Below are positions 1 to 10,237 of a stretch of DNA of 64,000 nt, piece after piece. The notes below the pieces were generated by a model, which saw nothing but the letters and a program-made list of their open reading frames with translations, did not search any database and was not told the DNA's origin. The position numbers were made by a program, and so were the translations under genes. Within the stretch, counting starts at the first letter, position 1. Each line of letters starts with the position of its first letter. Origin of the DNA: an uncultured cyanobacterium (lineage in GTDB: Bacteria > Cyanobacteriota > Cyanobacteriia > Cyanobacteriales > CAWCAG01); the NCBI GenBank assembly GCA_963803805.1, contig CAWDOD010000002.1, positions 1,152,001 through 1,216,000 on the forward strand, read 5' to 3'.

Positions 1-2
1 CT

Positions 3-974
3 TGGGGTATCGTTTCTTGGCTTATGGTTCCAGTTCTCTATCAAGATCGACTCCTGGGCATGGTAGAACTCCACCACTGCAATTCTGAAGCTATTCAGTG
101 GGCAGAAGAAGAAGTTAGTTTAGTAGAAGCGATTGCCACTCAAGTTGGTGTAGCCCTCATTCAAGCAGAAGCCTACGCTAACCTAGAAGAGCTTAACCAA
201 CAGCTAGAGGCCCTAGACCGCACCCGCAGCAACTTAGTTGCCATTACAGGCCATGAATTACGTACCCCCCTCTCTACCATCCAAATTTGTTTAGAAAGCT
301 TAGCTAGTGAACCGGATATGCTCCCCGAATTACGCCAAACTATGCTTAGTACAGCCCTTAGCGATGCGGAAAGAATGCGGAAGTTAGTACAGGATTTTCT
401 GACCCTTTCCCGCTTAGAAAGCGGTCGAGTAGAATGGAATCCAGAACCTTTGTCCTTAAGGGAATGTATTGATTTAGCTTTAAGCAATGTTAAAGCTAGG
501 AACCTTAAACAAGCAATCCCCAATCTCAAAATTGCCAACTTACCTAACCTCCCCCTAGTTCAGGCAGATGGAGAATGGTTAGTGGAAGTATTAGCGAAAC
601 TCTTAGACAATGCCTGTAAATTTACCTCCTCAGAGGGGCAAGTAATTATTGGGGCCAAAACTAACGGTACTCAAATGATTGATGTCACTGTAGCTGATAC
701 AGGTAGAGGTATTGAAGCCACGCGTTTAGAAACAGTATTTGACCGCTTTTATCAAGAAGAAGGAGCCTTACGGCGCACTACAGGGGGAACAGGATTAGGA
801 TTAGCCATCTGTCGCCAAATTGTCAGAGGTTGGGGAGGACAAATCTGGGCTGAGTCTCAAGGTAAAGATAAAGGCTGCAAATTTCACTTTACAGTTCCTG
901 TTGCCAATAGCAATTCTAGCAATCAAACCCCACTAGCCCAGGTCAAACCCCAGCAATCAAAAAAGTTGGACTAA
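3..974 (+). CDS. GAF-containing sensor histidine kinase (5'-partial; frame open from window start)
   Basis: GAF C-terminal end (VPV...LLGMVELHHC...EAIATQVGVAL), H-box GHELRTPL, N-box LLDNACKF, DTGRGI and GGTGLGL G-boxes. Confidence 0.9.
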   Translation, partial: WGIVSWLMVPVLYQDRLLGMVELHHCNSEAIQWAEEEVSLVEAIATQVGVALIQAEAYANLEELNQQLEALDRTRSNLVAITGHELRTPLSTIQICLESLASEPDMLPELRQTMLSTALSDAERMRKLVQDFLTLSRLESGRVEWNPEPLSLRECIDLALSNVKARNLKQAIPNLKIANLPNLPLVQADGEWLVEVLAKLLDNACKFTSSEGQVIIGAKTNGTQMIDVTVADTGRGIEATRLETVFDRFYQEEGALRRTTGGTGLGLAICRQIVRGWGGQIWAESQGKDKGCKFHFTVPVANSNSSNQTPLAQVKPQQSKKLD

Positions 975-1000
975 ATTCAACTCACCAAATCCCGACAACT

Positions 1001-1018
1001 GTTACAGTTCTTGACAGT
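1001..1018 (+). promoter_or_regulatory. HLR1-like (RpaB) direct repeat upstream of psaD
   Basis: GTTACAGT-TC-TTGACAGT resembles (G/T)TTACA(T/A)(T/A)-N2 direct repeat; PSI gene promoters are known RpaB targets. Confidence 0.4.
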
Positions 1019-1083
1019 TTTAAAAAGGGAGATTTCTTCGGTGATAGCATTCCCTTGATACTCTTTATAAATAAATAAGGAAC

Positions 1084-1512
1084 ATGGCAGAAGAACTTTC
1101 TGGAAAAACTCCTATATTCGGTGGTAGTACTGGTGGCTTACTATCAGCCGCTGAGCAAGAAGAGAAATACGCTATTACTTGGACTAGCTCTAAAGAGCAA
1201 GTTTTTGAAATGCCCACCGGGGGCGCTGCAATCATGCACGACGGAGAAAACTTGCTTTACTTAGCTCGTAAGGAACAGTGTTTAGCTCTAGGAACCCAAT
1301 TTAGGACTCAATTCAAGCCCAAGATTCAAGATTATAAAATTTATCGAATCTATCCTAGCGGCGAAGTTCAGTATCTCCATCCTGCTGATGGTGTCTTCCC
1401 TGAAAAGGTTAACGAAGGTCGTCCTTATGAAGGCAAGAAAGATCGTAAGATCGGCGATAACCCAGAACCAGCACCTCTGAAATTCTCTGGTAAAGCTCCT
1501 TACGAAGTTTAG
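1084..1512 (+). CDS. psaD: Photosystem I reaction center subunit II
   Basis: FGGSTGGLL...EEKYAITW...[11 protein letters not shown]...[10 protein letters not shown]...[15 protein letters not shown]-like AAGGAA. Confidence 0.99.
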   Translation: MAEELSGKTPIFGGSTGGLLSAAEQEEKYAITWTSSKEQVFEMPTGGAAIMHDGENLLYLARKEQCLALGTQFRTQFKPKIQDYKIYRIYPSGEVQYLHPADGVFPEKVNEGRPYEGKKDRKIGDNPEPAPLKFSGKAPYEV

Positions 1513-1517
1513 ACTTT

Positions 1518-1630
1518 AGCTAATAGCTAGTGGCTAATAGCTAATGGCTAATAGGGGAGTAGGTAATAAAGTAAAGGTAATGCTTCTTTTCCTAACTCCC
1601 TAACTCCCTAATTCCCTAACTCCCTGCTCC
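1518..1630. repeat. Short tandem repeats (STRR-like heptamers and octamers)
   Basis: GCTAAT(A/G)-type heptamer run followed by CCTAACTC-type octamer run between psaD and trpE. Confidence 0.8.
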
Positions 1631-1643
1631 CAACCTCCTTCTT

Positions 1644-3182
1644 ATGATTTTCCCTGAATTTTCTGAGTTTTCAGCCTTAGCACAACAAGGTAATTTCGTT
1701 CCGGTTTATCAAGAGTGGGTAGCGGATTTAGAAACTCCTGTATCAGCTTGGTACAAAATTTGTGCTGGGCAACCTTATAGTTTTTTGTTGGAATCAGTAG
1801 AAGCAGGAGAAAAATTAGGGCGTTATAGTTTCCTGGGGTGTGATCCCATGTGGATTTTGCAAGTGAAGGGAAACACTAACACTCAGTTTAATCGTGATGG
1901 TTCTATTGATATCTACGAAGGCAATCCTTTTGAGGTGCTGAGTCAATGCTTAGCTACTATCAACCCTGTCAATATCCCTCAACTTCCCCCAGGTATTGGT
2001 GGTTTATTTGGATTTTGGGGCTATGAATTAATTAATTGGATTGAACCAACAGTACCAATTTACGAAGCTACTGCTGAGGATTTACCTGATGGTGTCTGGA
2101 TGCAAGTCGATAATTTGATTGTCTTTGACCAAGTAAAGCGAAAAATTTGGGCGATCGCTTATGCTGATTTACGAGATTCTGAAACTGACCTCCAACAAGC
2201 TTATCAACAAGCCTGCGATCGCGTCACCAAGTTGATGGTGAAACTACAACTGCCCCTTCCTTTAGAAGCGAAGGCCTTAGAATGGACTCCTCGATCAAGC
2301 AATAGCAACAATTTTTCTGGGGATTTAACTTGGAAAAGCAACACTTCTCGCGCTGATTTTTGTGCCAATGTTGAGAAAGCCAAAGAATATATCCATGCTG
2401 GAGATATTTTTCAAGTAGTTCTTTCCCAACGTCTCCAGTCAAATTACCACGGCGATCCTTTTAATCTTTATCGTTCTTTACGGGTTATCAATCCTTCACC
2501 CTATATGTCTTACTATAATTTTGGAGATTGGCAGCTAATTGGCTCTTCTCCAGAAGTTATGGTCAAAGCAGAAGTTGAGTACCAAGGAGAAACTAAAGCG
2601 ACTTTACGCCCCATTGCGGGTACAAGGAGGCGGGGAAAGACCCTATCTGAAGATTTAGAGTTAGCTGAAGAATTACTCGAAGATCCCAAAGAAGTAGCTG
2701 AACATATTATGTTGGTAGATCTAGGGCGTAATGATTTAGGTAGGGTCTGTCAACACGGTAAAGTAAGCGTAGATCAATTGATGATTATTGAGCGCTACTC
2801 CCATGTGATGCACATTGTCAGTAACGTCATCGGCAAATTACAACCAGACAAGACAGCCTGGGATTTATTAAAAGCCTGTTTTCCAGCCGGAACCGTAAGC
2901 GGCGCACCGAAAATAAGAGCAATGGAAATTCTCCACGAACTCGAACCAGAGAGGAGAGGTCCTTACTCTGGTGCTTACGGTTATTACGACTTTGAAGGAC
3001 AACTCAACAGCGCTATCACTATTCGTACTATGGTGGTGCGCTCAGATAAGCCTAATCAGCAGATTGTTTCTGTACAAGCTGGTGCTGGCTTAGTAGCTGA
3101 TTCACAACCAGAAAAAGAATACGAAGAAACATTGAATAAAGCAAGAGGCTTATTAGAGGCTATTCTTTGCTTGCAAGGTTAG
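1644..3182 (+). CDS. trpE: Anthranilate synthase component I
   Basis: SFLLESVE, GDIFQVVLSQR, NPSPYM, PIAGTR, EHIMLVDLGRND, FPAGTVSGAPK, QAGAGLVADS. Confidence 0.97.
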   Translation: MIFPEFSEFSALAQQGNFVPVYQEWVADLETPVSAWYKICAGQPYSFLLESVEAGEKLGRYSFLGCDPMWILQVKGNTNTQFNRDGSIDIYEGNPFEVLSQCLATINPVNIPQLPPGIGGLFGFWGYELINWIEPTVPIYEATAEDLPDGVWMQVDNLIVFDQVKRKIWAIAYADLRDSETDLQQAYQQACDRVTKLMVKLQLPLPLEAKALEWTPRSSNSNNFSGDLTWKSNTSRADFCANVEKAKEYIHAGDIFQVVLSQRLQSNYHGDPFNLYRSLRVINPSPYMSYYNFGDWQLIGSSPEVMVKAEVEYQGETKATLRPIAGTRRRGKTLSEDLELAEELLEDPKEVAEHIMLVDLGRNDLGRVCQHGKVSVDQLMIIERYSHVMHIVSNVIGKLQPDKTAWDLLKACFPAGTVSGAPKIRAMEILHELEPERRGPYSGAYGYYDFEGQLNSAITIRTMVVRSDKPNQQIVSVQAGAGLVADSQPEKEYEETLNKARGLLEAILCLQG

Positions 3183-3197
3183 AGGATTGATGACAAT

Positions 3198-4538
3198 TTA
3201 AGTCCTATCTCTATCAGCTAAAGCATCCGTTTGCATAATCTTGGCTTCATAAGGAATTACTCCTGAATGTTCGCTACCCAAACAGCGGGCTGCTCCTAGG
3301 GACAAATCTAAAGTGCGAGGAGGAATATAAGGGCCTCTGTCATTAATTCTCACAATTGCCGATTTATTAGTATCTAAATTAGTGACTTTAAGGTAGGTAT
3401 TAAAAGGTAAAGAAGGATGAGCAGCAGTCATAGCTAGCTGATCATAAGTTTCTCCATTAGCTGTTAAACGCCCGTGAAAATAAGGACCGTACCAAGAAGC
3501 TAGCCCCTTAATTGCTCCAGAGCTACCTGCTAAATTGTACATTTGACTTTGAGCTTCGATTAAATCTAGGGGAGAAGCTCCCAAAGCGATGCGTAAATTG
3601 TTGACCCATTTGATTGCTAATAAGTCTGGGTTAGGAGCATCATGCTCAGCTACTACCTTGTCATCAATAGTAAATAAAAGCTGCCCATTTATTTTAGCTC
3701 CTGGCTGGTTATCAACTAGGGCAGGTTGAATATTATCAGGGTTGAAGCCTGGTTGAGCCAAAGCTTTATGGAGATGCTGTCGTAAAGAGTTTGCTTGAGT
3801 GCGATCACCTATTTGGGCAATAACTTGACCTTTAATAGAAACAGCATACTTTTCTCTAGATTGTTTTTTAGCAGCTTGCTGAGAAAGCCGGGGTAAAGAA
3901 AGCCAAAATCTTTTACTATTCTGGTTTTTATTCTGACGAAGCCATTCTTCTACTTTGAGCTGACTGGTACTTACTTTCTCAACAGCAATAAACTCGGCTG
4001 TTTTAGTAAAGTTTGAATTTTTGCGGTGAGAGTCTCCTGATGAACTAAAAAGATTGCGTACTATTTTCCTCAGTTTTTGAGGTATGCCAAGTTTGGCAGT
4101 TCTTTCTTTTGAGGTATTAACTACTGATACTGATTCTTCCTTAAGAGATACCGATTGTGCTTTCCCGTAAGAATAATCATTCTGAGGAACAGAAACAGCA
4201 ATAGGAGAAATATTTTCATTTTCTGCAATTAAGGTGCAGAAACTTATTCCCTTAGAGCTGTGGGTGACAGCAGAATCAGAGGAAGTTTGGGCAACATTGA
4301 CATTACTCGCCAAAATCGAGTGAGAGTTCACTTTGGCGAATAAATATTGGCTGTTAGCTGGTGCAGATGGAACTGCAGCTAGGGCAAGAGTTTGCTTTTC
4401 CCAAGAGTCGTTGATGGCTGATAAGGCATTTCCCGGTAAATGACCAGAAACATTATCAGGTAATCTTAGTAAACCGTGACTAGAGGCGAGGAAAAAGCTC
4501 ACCCAAGAAGTTACCCAAGCAAGTCTGAATATAGGCAT
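3198..4538 (-). CDS. Septal ring lytic transglycosylase RlpA family protein (long N-terminal extension)
   Basis: C-terminal DPBB: GLASWYGPYFHGRLTANGETYD...TAAHPSLPF...VRINDRGPY...LDLS; hydrophobic N-terminus. Confidence 0.9.
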   Translation of the reverse strand: MPIFRLAWVTSWVSFFLASSHGLLRLPDNVSGHLPGNALSAINDSWEKQTLALAAVPSAPANSQYLFAKVNSHSILASNVNVAQTSSDSAVTHSSKGISFCTLIAENENISPIAVSVPQNDYSYGKAQSVSLKEESVSVVNTSKERTAKLGIPQKLRKIVRNLFSSSGDSHRKNSNFTKTAEFIAVEKVSTSQLKVEEWLRQNKNQNSKRFWLSLPRLSQQAAKKQSREKYAVSIKGQVIAQIGDRTQANSLRQHLHKALAQPGFNPDNIQPALVDNQPGAKINGQLLFTIDDKVVAEHDAPNPDLLAIKWVNNLRIALGASPLDLIEAQSQMYNLAGSSGAIKGLASWYGPYFHGRLTANGETYDQLAMTAAHPSLPFNTYLKVTNLDTNKSAIVRINDRGPYIPPRTLDLSLGAARCLGSEHSGVIPYEAKIMQTDALADRDRT

Positions 4539-5812
4539 GAGAAGTAAAATCTTTAGATGAGATACACTCTGGACTGCAAACAGTATTTTAGTATACAGAA
4601 GCTATATGTCAATAGATCAGTCTTAGGACTGATCCCCAGTATTTGTTAAAAACAAAACAGAGCTTTGTTTGAAAGTGGGGATCGCTTTTGATTATTTCTT
4701 CAAAAAAAGAAAATAATCTTACTGGTCTATATAGATAGCTCAACTCTAGGTTTCCTGTTTTTTCTAATTTTTAACTTGATATTCATTAAATCGATAGAAC
4801 AGTGATGTTTATATTTGTTTTGCAAATACTGCCTCTCAATAACAATTTGTTCTGACTTTTATGAAATGAAAATAAAATTCATGACTTTATAATTTATTCC
4901 TATAGATAATTATCTATTTAGCTAATTACATTAGATAAGGATAATTTGACTTCCTTGAGATGCTTAATTTATAGTGCTTTAGTTGTATTTTACGACTCTT
5001 GAGGATTTGTTTGTCTAGATATTTTAACTATGTAGTTGAAAGTTTTCTCCGAATAATAAATAAGCTTTTAGCAAAAATAACAATTGAGTTTATCAATTAT
5101 AGACGACTTCCTAATTATTCTAGACTGAGGGAGTATCTTTTACGTCAGAATTTGATTGAAGTATTGGAATTTTTGAGAAACTATTTTAGTTCCTAATATA
5201 GAAAAAATGAGATATTTTAATATACCTATATTTTCTTTATTCTTTGATATATTATTTGGTAAACACACTTTATTTTCCACAAAATATACTACTGTTTAAA
5301 AATTGATTGGATTGTAATTTTCCAAAGCTATTTTTTCCTTTGGTAAAGTCCTTTCGTATATCTTTGTTGTTTAATTAATTTACTAAAGCTATGATGACGA
5401 GATTTATCAAGATTATAGAGAAAATAGGCAGCTAAAGAGGTATCAATGGGTCAAAATGCTTTACCTTCATTAATACGGATACTGGTTAGTCCTCTCCCTA
5501 AGGAGACTTTACATATAACTGTTTACATAAATTAAATAAAGGAAGGTGAAAGAGAGATAACACCTTTATCAACTTACGTAATGTAAGGTTTATACCTAAT
5601 TGATTTCCGTCTTTAATATTGAAGAGGAGATTAATCGTTATGTATTTTCCCTAGATATGGAAAAACAACTGTTTCTGTCAAATTATTATTTCTTAATCAC
5701 TAATAAGCAGCTTAACAAAAAAATACATATTAGATAATAACAAGCTACAAAAATGAGTAGTTGTTATCGGAGTAGAATAGGCATTTAAACTGCTCGTCAT
5801 CATAGCCTGATT

Positions 5813-7204
5813 ATGTCTACCTCCCCTGCAACCCTAGCCCAAACCCTCCAGAGAAGGCGGCAAAAACTAGCAAAATTAATTGACAGACCAGTTATTTTGT
5901 GGTCAGGACAAGCCTCTTGGCGGAACTTCCCCAGTAATCCTTTCCCTTTTCGTGCTAGTAGTCATTTTCTCTATTTTGCTGGTTTACCTATAGAAAATGC
6001 AGCTATTCGCTTAGAAAATGGCAAGTTGAGTTTATTTAAAGATGATGCAACTCCAGCTAGTATTCTTTGGCACGGAGAAATGCCCACGGGAGAAGAAATT
6101 GCTCAATTTATAGGAGCAGATACCGCTTATCCTTTAGCAGAGTTGGTATCCCAAGCAGAAGGGACAGCTACTATTGCTGTACAAGATAGGAAAACTTATC
6201 AACAGCAAATTGAAATTCTCAACAGGGCAGTAACTGAAACTCCTCAAGGAATAGATTTACAGTTAGCTAAAGCAATTATTAACTTGCGCCTCACCTGTGA
6301 TGCTGATGCCTTAGCTGAGTTACGTCAAGCTGCCCTTGTTTCAGTACAAGCCCATAAAATTGGTATGGCAACGACTCTGAATGTGAGGACAGAAGCTGAA
6401 GTGCGAGGAGCGATGGAGGGGGTGATTATTGCTAACAATATGACTTGTGCTTACTCTAGTATTGTCACAGTACATGGGGAAATACTACACAACCAAGACT
6501 ATAGCTATCCCCTTCAACCAGGAGATTTACTATTAGCCGATGTGGGGGCTGAAACAGAAATGGGTTGGGCTTCTGACATTACTCGTACTTGGCCTGTTAG
6601 GGGTAAGTTTTCTTCTACCCAAAGAGCGATTTACGATCTTGTTTTAGCTGCCCACGATGCTTGTATTGAAAAAGTAAGCCCCAATGTAGAATATCGAGAC
6701 ATACATCTTTTAGCAGCTTCTATTATTACTGAAGGATTGGTAGATTTAGGAATTTTGCGAGGTCGGGTTGAAGATTTAGTTGCCATAGATGCCCATGCTT
6801 TGTTTTTCCCCCATGGTATTGGTCATTTGTTGGGCTTAGATGTTCACGATATGGAAGATTTAGGGGATTTAGCTGGCTACGGGGCAGATAGAAAGAGGAG
6901 CGATCGCTTTGGTTTATCCTATTTGCGTCTCCACCGTCCTTTAAAACCGGGTATGGTTATTACCATCGAACCAGGATTTTATCAAATTCCTGCTCTTCTC
7001 AACAACCCTAAACATCGAGCCAGATATCATAGTGTCGTTGATTGGGAGCGTTTGGCTCAATTTGCTGATGTGCGGGGTATTCGTATCGAAGATGATGTTT
7101 TAGTAACTCAAGGGGGAAGGGAAGTTTTAACCATTGAGTTGCCAACCCAAGCTGAAGCTATCGAACAAATAGTGCAAGGAGGGCTGAGGCAATTCGCAGG
7201 ATAA
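5813..7204 (+). CDS. pepP: Xaa-Pro aminopeptidase (M24B)
   Basis: ILHN, LLADVGAE, SDITRTWP, PHGIGHLLGLDVHD, TIEPG, GIRIEDDV. Confidence 0.9.
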   Translation: MSTSPATLAQTLQRRRQKLAKLIDRPVILWSGQASWRNFPSNPFPFRASSHFLYFAGLPIENAAIRLENGKLSLFKDDATPASILWHGEMPTGEEIAQFIGADTAYPLAELVSQAEGTATIAVQDRKTYQQQIEILNRAVTETPQGIDLQLAKAIINLRLTCDADALAELRQAALVSVQAHKIGMATTLNVRTEAEVRGAMEGVIIANNMTCAYSSIVTVHGEILHNQDYSYPLQPGDLLLADVGAETEMGWASDITRTWPVRGKFSSTQRAIYDLVLAAHDACIEKVSPNVEYRDIHLLAASIITEGLVDLGILRGRVEDLVAIDAHALFFPHGIGHLLGLDVHDMEDLGDLAGYGADRKRSDRFGLSYLRLHRPLKPGMVITIEPGFYQIPALLNNPKHRARYHSVVDWERLAQFADVRGIRIEDDVLVTQGGREVLTIELPTQAEAIEQIVQGGLRQFAG

Positions 7205-7377
7205 CATCTTCAAAATCCCAGTCCCTACTTCAGACCATTTTCCTTTAAAATGATTATCCTACCTCATCTAAAATAGTATTTGATGCTTCTATCGGACTAA
7301 CACTTTAAGCCGGTTTTACACTATATTTAGAGTACTGAACTAGCTTATTACGCTATATATAGTGTTAGCCTGAATCC

Positions 7378-7749
7378 ATGAGCGCCCTTCCTCTTCCCCA
7401 ATTTGAGATCCATACAGCTTCCCAATTAGCTGACTATTTACAGTCTGCGGTAAGTTGGCGCGAAGTTGAAGCACTGACTTTGAACTATCCCGATTGGAAA
7501 GCTGAAGCTTGGGAAATGCTCTCGGAAGAAGATAGGGAGCGCATTAAAGCCTTTAAAAAATGGGCTAACCATCCCCTGGCTCAAAAATTTCCTCCTTATT
7601 CGATAGTACAACGCCTAGATGATAGAGAAGGGCAAACTGGTAAAGTGATTAACTATTGGAGTGCCTACGGTATAGATTACATAACTTTTTCCGTTGACCA
7701 GGATATTGACTGGTGTAGAGCCAGTCAATTAAAAAAAGTCAGATTGTGA
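7378..7749 (+). CDS. Hypothetical protein (possible C-terminal SH3/KOW-like barrel)
   Basis: 123-aa ORF filling the gap between genes; helical Trp-rich N-half, beta-rich C-half (GQTGKVINYW). Confidence 0.7.
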   Translation: MSALPLPQFEIHTASQLADYLQSAVSWREVEALTLNYPDWKAEAWEMLSEEDRERIKAFKKWANHPLAQKFPPYSIVQRLDDREGQTGKVINYWSAYGIDYITFSVDQDIDWCRASQLKKVRL

Positions 7750-7770
7750 ATATAACAAAAGCTTAATTAT

Positions 7771-8727
7771 TTAATTTCCAGCATACAAAGATTTAATCCA
7801 TTGCCACTCCCTCTCTAGCCCTTCTGTTAAAGAAACTTGGGGATTGTAACCCAGCAACTTCTTAGCCTTAGAAACATCAGCACTGGTATGACGGGCATCT
7901 CCCATCGCTTTAGAGATATGATTTCTTTTGATAGGCTTGCCAACAATTTGTTCCATCGTCTCAAGAACATCTGCTAGGACAACACGACTACCACCACCAA
8001 TATTAAATACCTCTCCTACTGCTGCTGGGGCTTCTGCTGCTGCTAAATTAGCAGCGATCGCATCACTAACAAAAGTAAAATCTCTGGTTTGCTGTCCATC
8101 CCCATAAATAGGTATGGCTTCATCAGCTAAAACAGCTTTAAAAAACTTATGGAAAGCCATATCTGGCCGTTGGCGAGGTCCATATACCGTAAAGTAGCGC
8201 AAGGCAGTAACAGGAACTTGAAAATTTTGGTGATAAAGCCAGCAGAGGCGCTCTGCTGCTAGCTTCGTGATACCGTAGGGAGAAACAGGTTGAGGACAAA
8301 TAGTTTCTGGAGTGGGCATAGTTTCAGCGTTGCCGTACACAGAAGAAGTAGAAGCATAAACAAATCTCTTTAAAGAAGAAGCCTCTTTTGCTGCTTCTAG
8401 CATAATTTGTGTCGCATTAATATTACGTTCGGTGTAATGGCGAAAACCACCACCCCAACTAGCACGAACTCCCGCTTGGGCCGCTTGATGATAAACTACT
8501 TCCACATCTACTAAAAGTTTTGACCAATCCAAGGTTTGAATATCGGCTTCAATTAGTTCAAAATTAGGATGATCAAGAAAATTGGCTACATTCTTACGCT
8601 TCAGTTTAGTATCGTAATAATCATTAAATTGATCAACCCCAATAACTTTATTTCCTTGTTGCAAAAGTGTTTCTACTAAATGAGAAGCAATAAAACCAGC
8701 AACACCTGTAACAATATGAGTAGCCAT
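7771..8727 (-). CDS. NAD-dependent epimerase/dehydratase (UDP-sugar epimerase family)
   Basis: TGVAGFIA, HQAAQAGVR, STSSVYG, PVSPYGITK (YxxxK), YFTVYGPRQRPDMA. Confidence 0.95.
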   Translation of the reverse strand: MATHIVTGVAGFIASHLVETLLQQGNKVIGVDQFNDYYDTKLKRKNVANFLDHPNFELIEADIQTLDWSKLLVDVEVVYHQAAQAGVRASWGGGFRHYTERNINATQIMLEAAKEASSLKRFVYASTSSVYGNAETMPTPETICPQPVSPYGITKLAAERLCWLYHQNFQVPVTALRYFTVYGPRQRPDMAFHKFFKAVLADEAIPIYGDGQQTRDFTFVSDAIAANLAAAEAPAAVGEVFNIGGGSRVVLADVLETMEQIVGKPIKRNHISKAMGDARHTSADVSKAKKLLGYNPQVSLTEGLEREWQWIKSLYAGN

Positions 8728-8859
8728 AAATATTTATTTAGTTGAAGACCTTGGAGAGTGCAAAGATAGACGGATTCTGAACTATGATGGCACAGATTTT
8801 TGGTGATAATAGTGGCTTGAGGCCTTTTATACCAAATCCAATTCAAGTAGACTCGTTGA

Positions 8860-9005
8860 TATAGCAATTCTGAGTCAGGTGAGGTACACTCTTCTTTTCC
8901 CAATGTAGCCTGCGGCAAGGCTTACGCCAACCCCGCTCCCTGCTCCCTGCTCCCTACTCCCTTAAACTAGAAATTTAGTACCTTACAAGTAAGAGAATTG
9001 CTATA
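8860..9005. mobile_element. MITE-like element with TATAGCA termini
   Basis: Left TATAGCAATTCT-N7-GTGAGGTAC versus reverse complement of right end TATAGCAATTCT-N7-GTAAGGTAC; TA at both ends; no coding capacity. Confidence 0.8.
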
Positions 9006-9015
9006 AATGTTATTA

Positions 9016-10146
9016 TCAAGCTTCCAGAAATTCATCTAAACTTGGTACATCTACCCAACGTTCTTCCTCATTTGCTTTGTGGGTTAAGTCCATTAATAGT
9101 TGAGAATAGACTCCTTCGCGTAAAGTAGGATTTTTAAGCTCCCCTGCATCTATTCCTTGTACCCAATTGTTGACGACACGAATGAAAGGTGCTAAACGCC
9201 CATCAGGGAACACTTGGGTAAAAGCGAGGTGTTTGGGAACTTCTACTATCCCCAGAGGTTTGCCTATAGTTGCGGCTTTGAGGCGGAAACCATGAACATA
9301 ATCTTTGAGGTTATCGCTGCCTAAAACTAATGTACCGCGATCGCCATATATTTCTAGCCAATGTCCTCTACCATGATGGGTAACAGAACTAATAGTAAGT
9401 TGACAAGGAGTGCCGTCAGCTAGTTCCATCATTACCATACAGGTGTCATCGGCATCTACAGGTTTTAATTTCCCTCCATCGCCAGGATCAGGGCGCTGGG
9501 GAATGGCACAGCTTAATTTACTACTTAATTTTTTGACTGGACTAAATAACCAGTTAATATAATCAAAAGCATGGGAACCTACTGCCCCTAATGCACCGCC
9601 TCCTTTATCTTTAAGGGAATACCAGTTCCAAGGGCGTTCAGGATTAGCACGGCTCACTACTAACCAATCGATTTTAATCAGACGTTTCTTGCCCACATAA
9701 TCATCAGCCAGATATTTTGCTAATAGTTGCCAAGCAGGTACGAAACGAAATTCAAAATCTGCTGCGGCGATAACTCCTTTTTCGGCGGCTAGATGGTAAA
9801 GTTCTCTGGTTTGAGCAGCATTCATTGTCATGGGCTTTTCCAATAGTAAATGCTTCCCTGCTGACAAAACCGTCTTAGCCATGTCGTAGTGTAAAAATGG
9901 TGGGGTGGCAATGCTCACTGCCTCTACTTCTGGTAGGGAAACAATTTCTGCTACGCTAGTACAGCCATGGGGAATATTGTACTGCTCAGCAATTTTTTTC
10001 GCCTTTTCCCTATCCCTGTGATATACCGCGACTACTTCTGTACGGGGATGATTTTGAAAGCCTGGTATATGAATTTTCTGCCCAAACCCAGTACCGACAA
10101 TAGCAATACCAATTTTGGGTTTGTTTTGGGGATAGAAGGAATTCAT
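9016..10146 (-). CDS. Gfo/Idh/MocA family oxidoreductase
   Basis: IVGTGFG, IATPPFLH, GKHLLLEKP, GGGALGAVGSH. Confidence 0.92.
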   Translation of the reverse strand: MNSFYPQNKPKIGIAIVGTGFGQKIHIPGFQNHPRTEVVAVYHRDREKAKKIAEQYNIPHGCTSVAEIVSLPEVEAVSIATPPFLHYDMAKTVLSAGKHLLLEKPMTMNAAQTRELYHLAAEKGVIAAADFEFRFVPAWQLLAKYLADDYVGKKRLIKIDWLVVSRANPERPWNWYSLKDKGGGALGAVGSHAFDYINWLFSPVKKLSSKLSCAIPQRPDPGDGGKLKPVDADDTCMVMMELADGTPCQLTISSVTHHGRGHWLEIYGDRGTLVLGSDNLKDYVHGFRLKAATIGKPLGIVEVPKHLAFTQVFPDGRLAPFIRVVNNWVQGIDAGELKNPTLREGVYSQLLMDLTHKANEEERWVDVPSLDEFLEA

Positions 10147-10237
10147 AAGTTAAAGATGTGTAGAAAAAGTCACTAATTATTAATTATCGGCTAGTTTCGT
10201 GATTTTGATAATTTTTCTATGCTCTCCCTGTCTCCTT

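Noticed and set aside
4999-5196. 65-aa ORF in the AT-rich spacer
   Set aside because: TTG start, no RBS or recognisable motif
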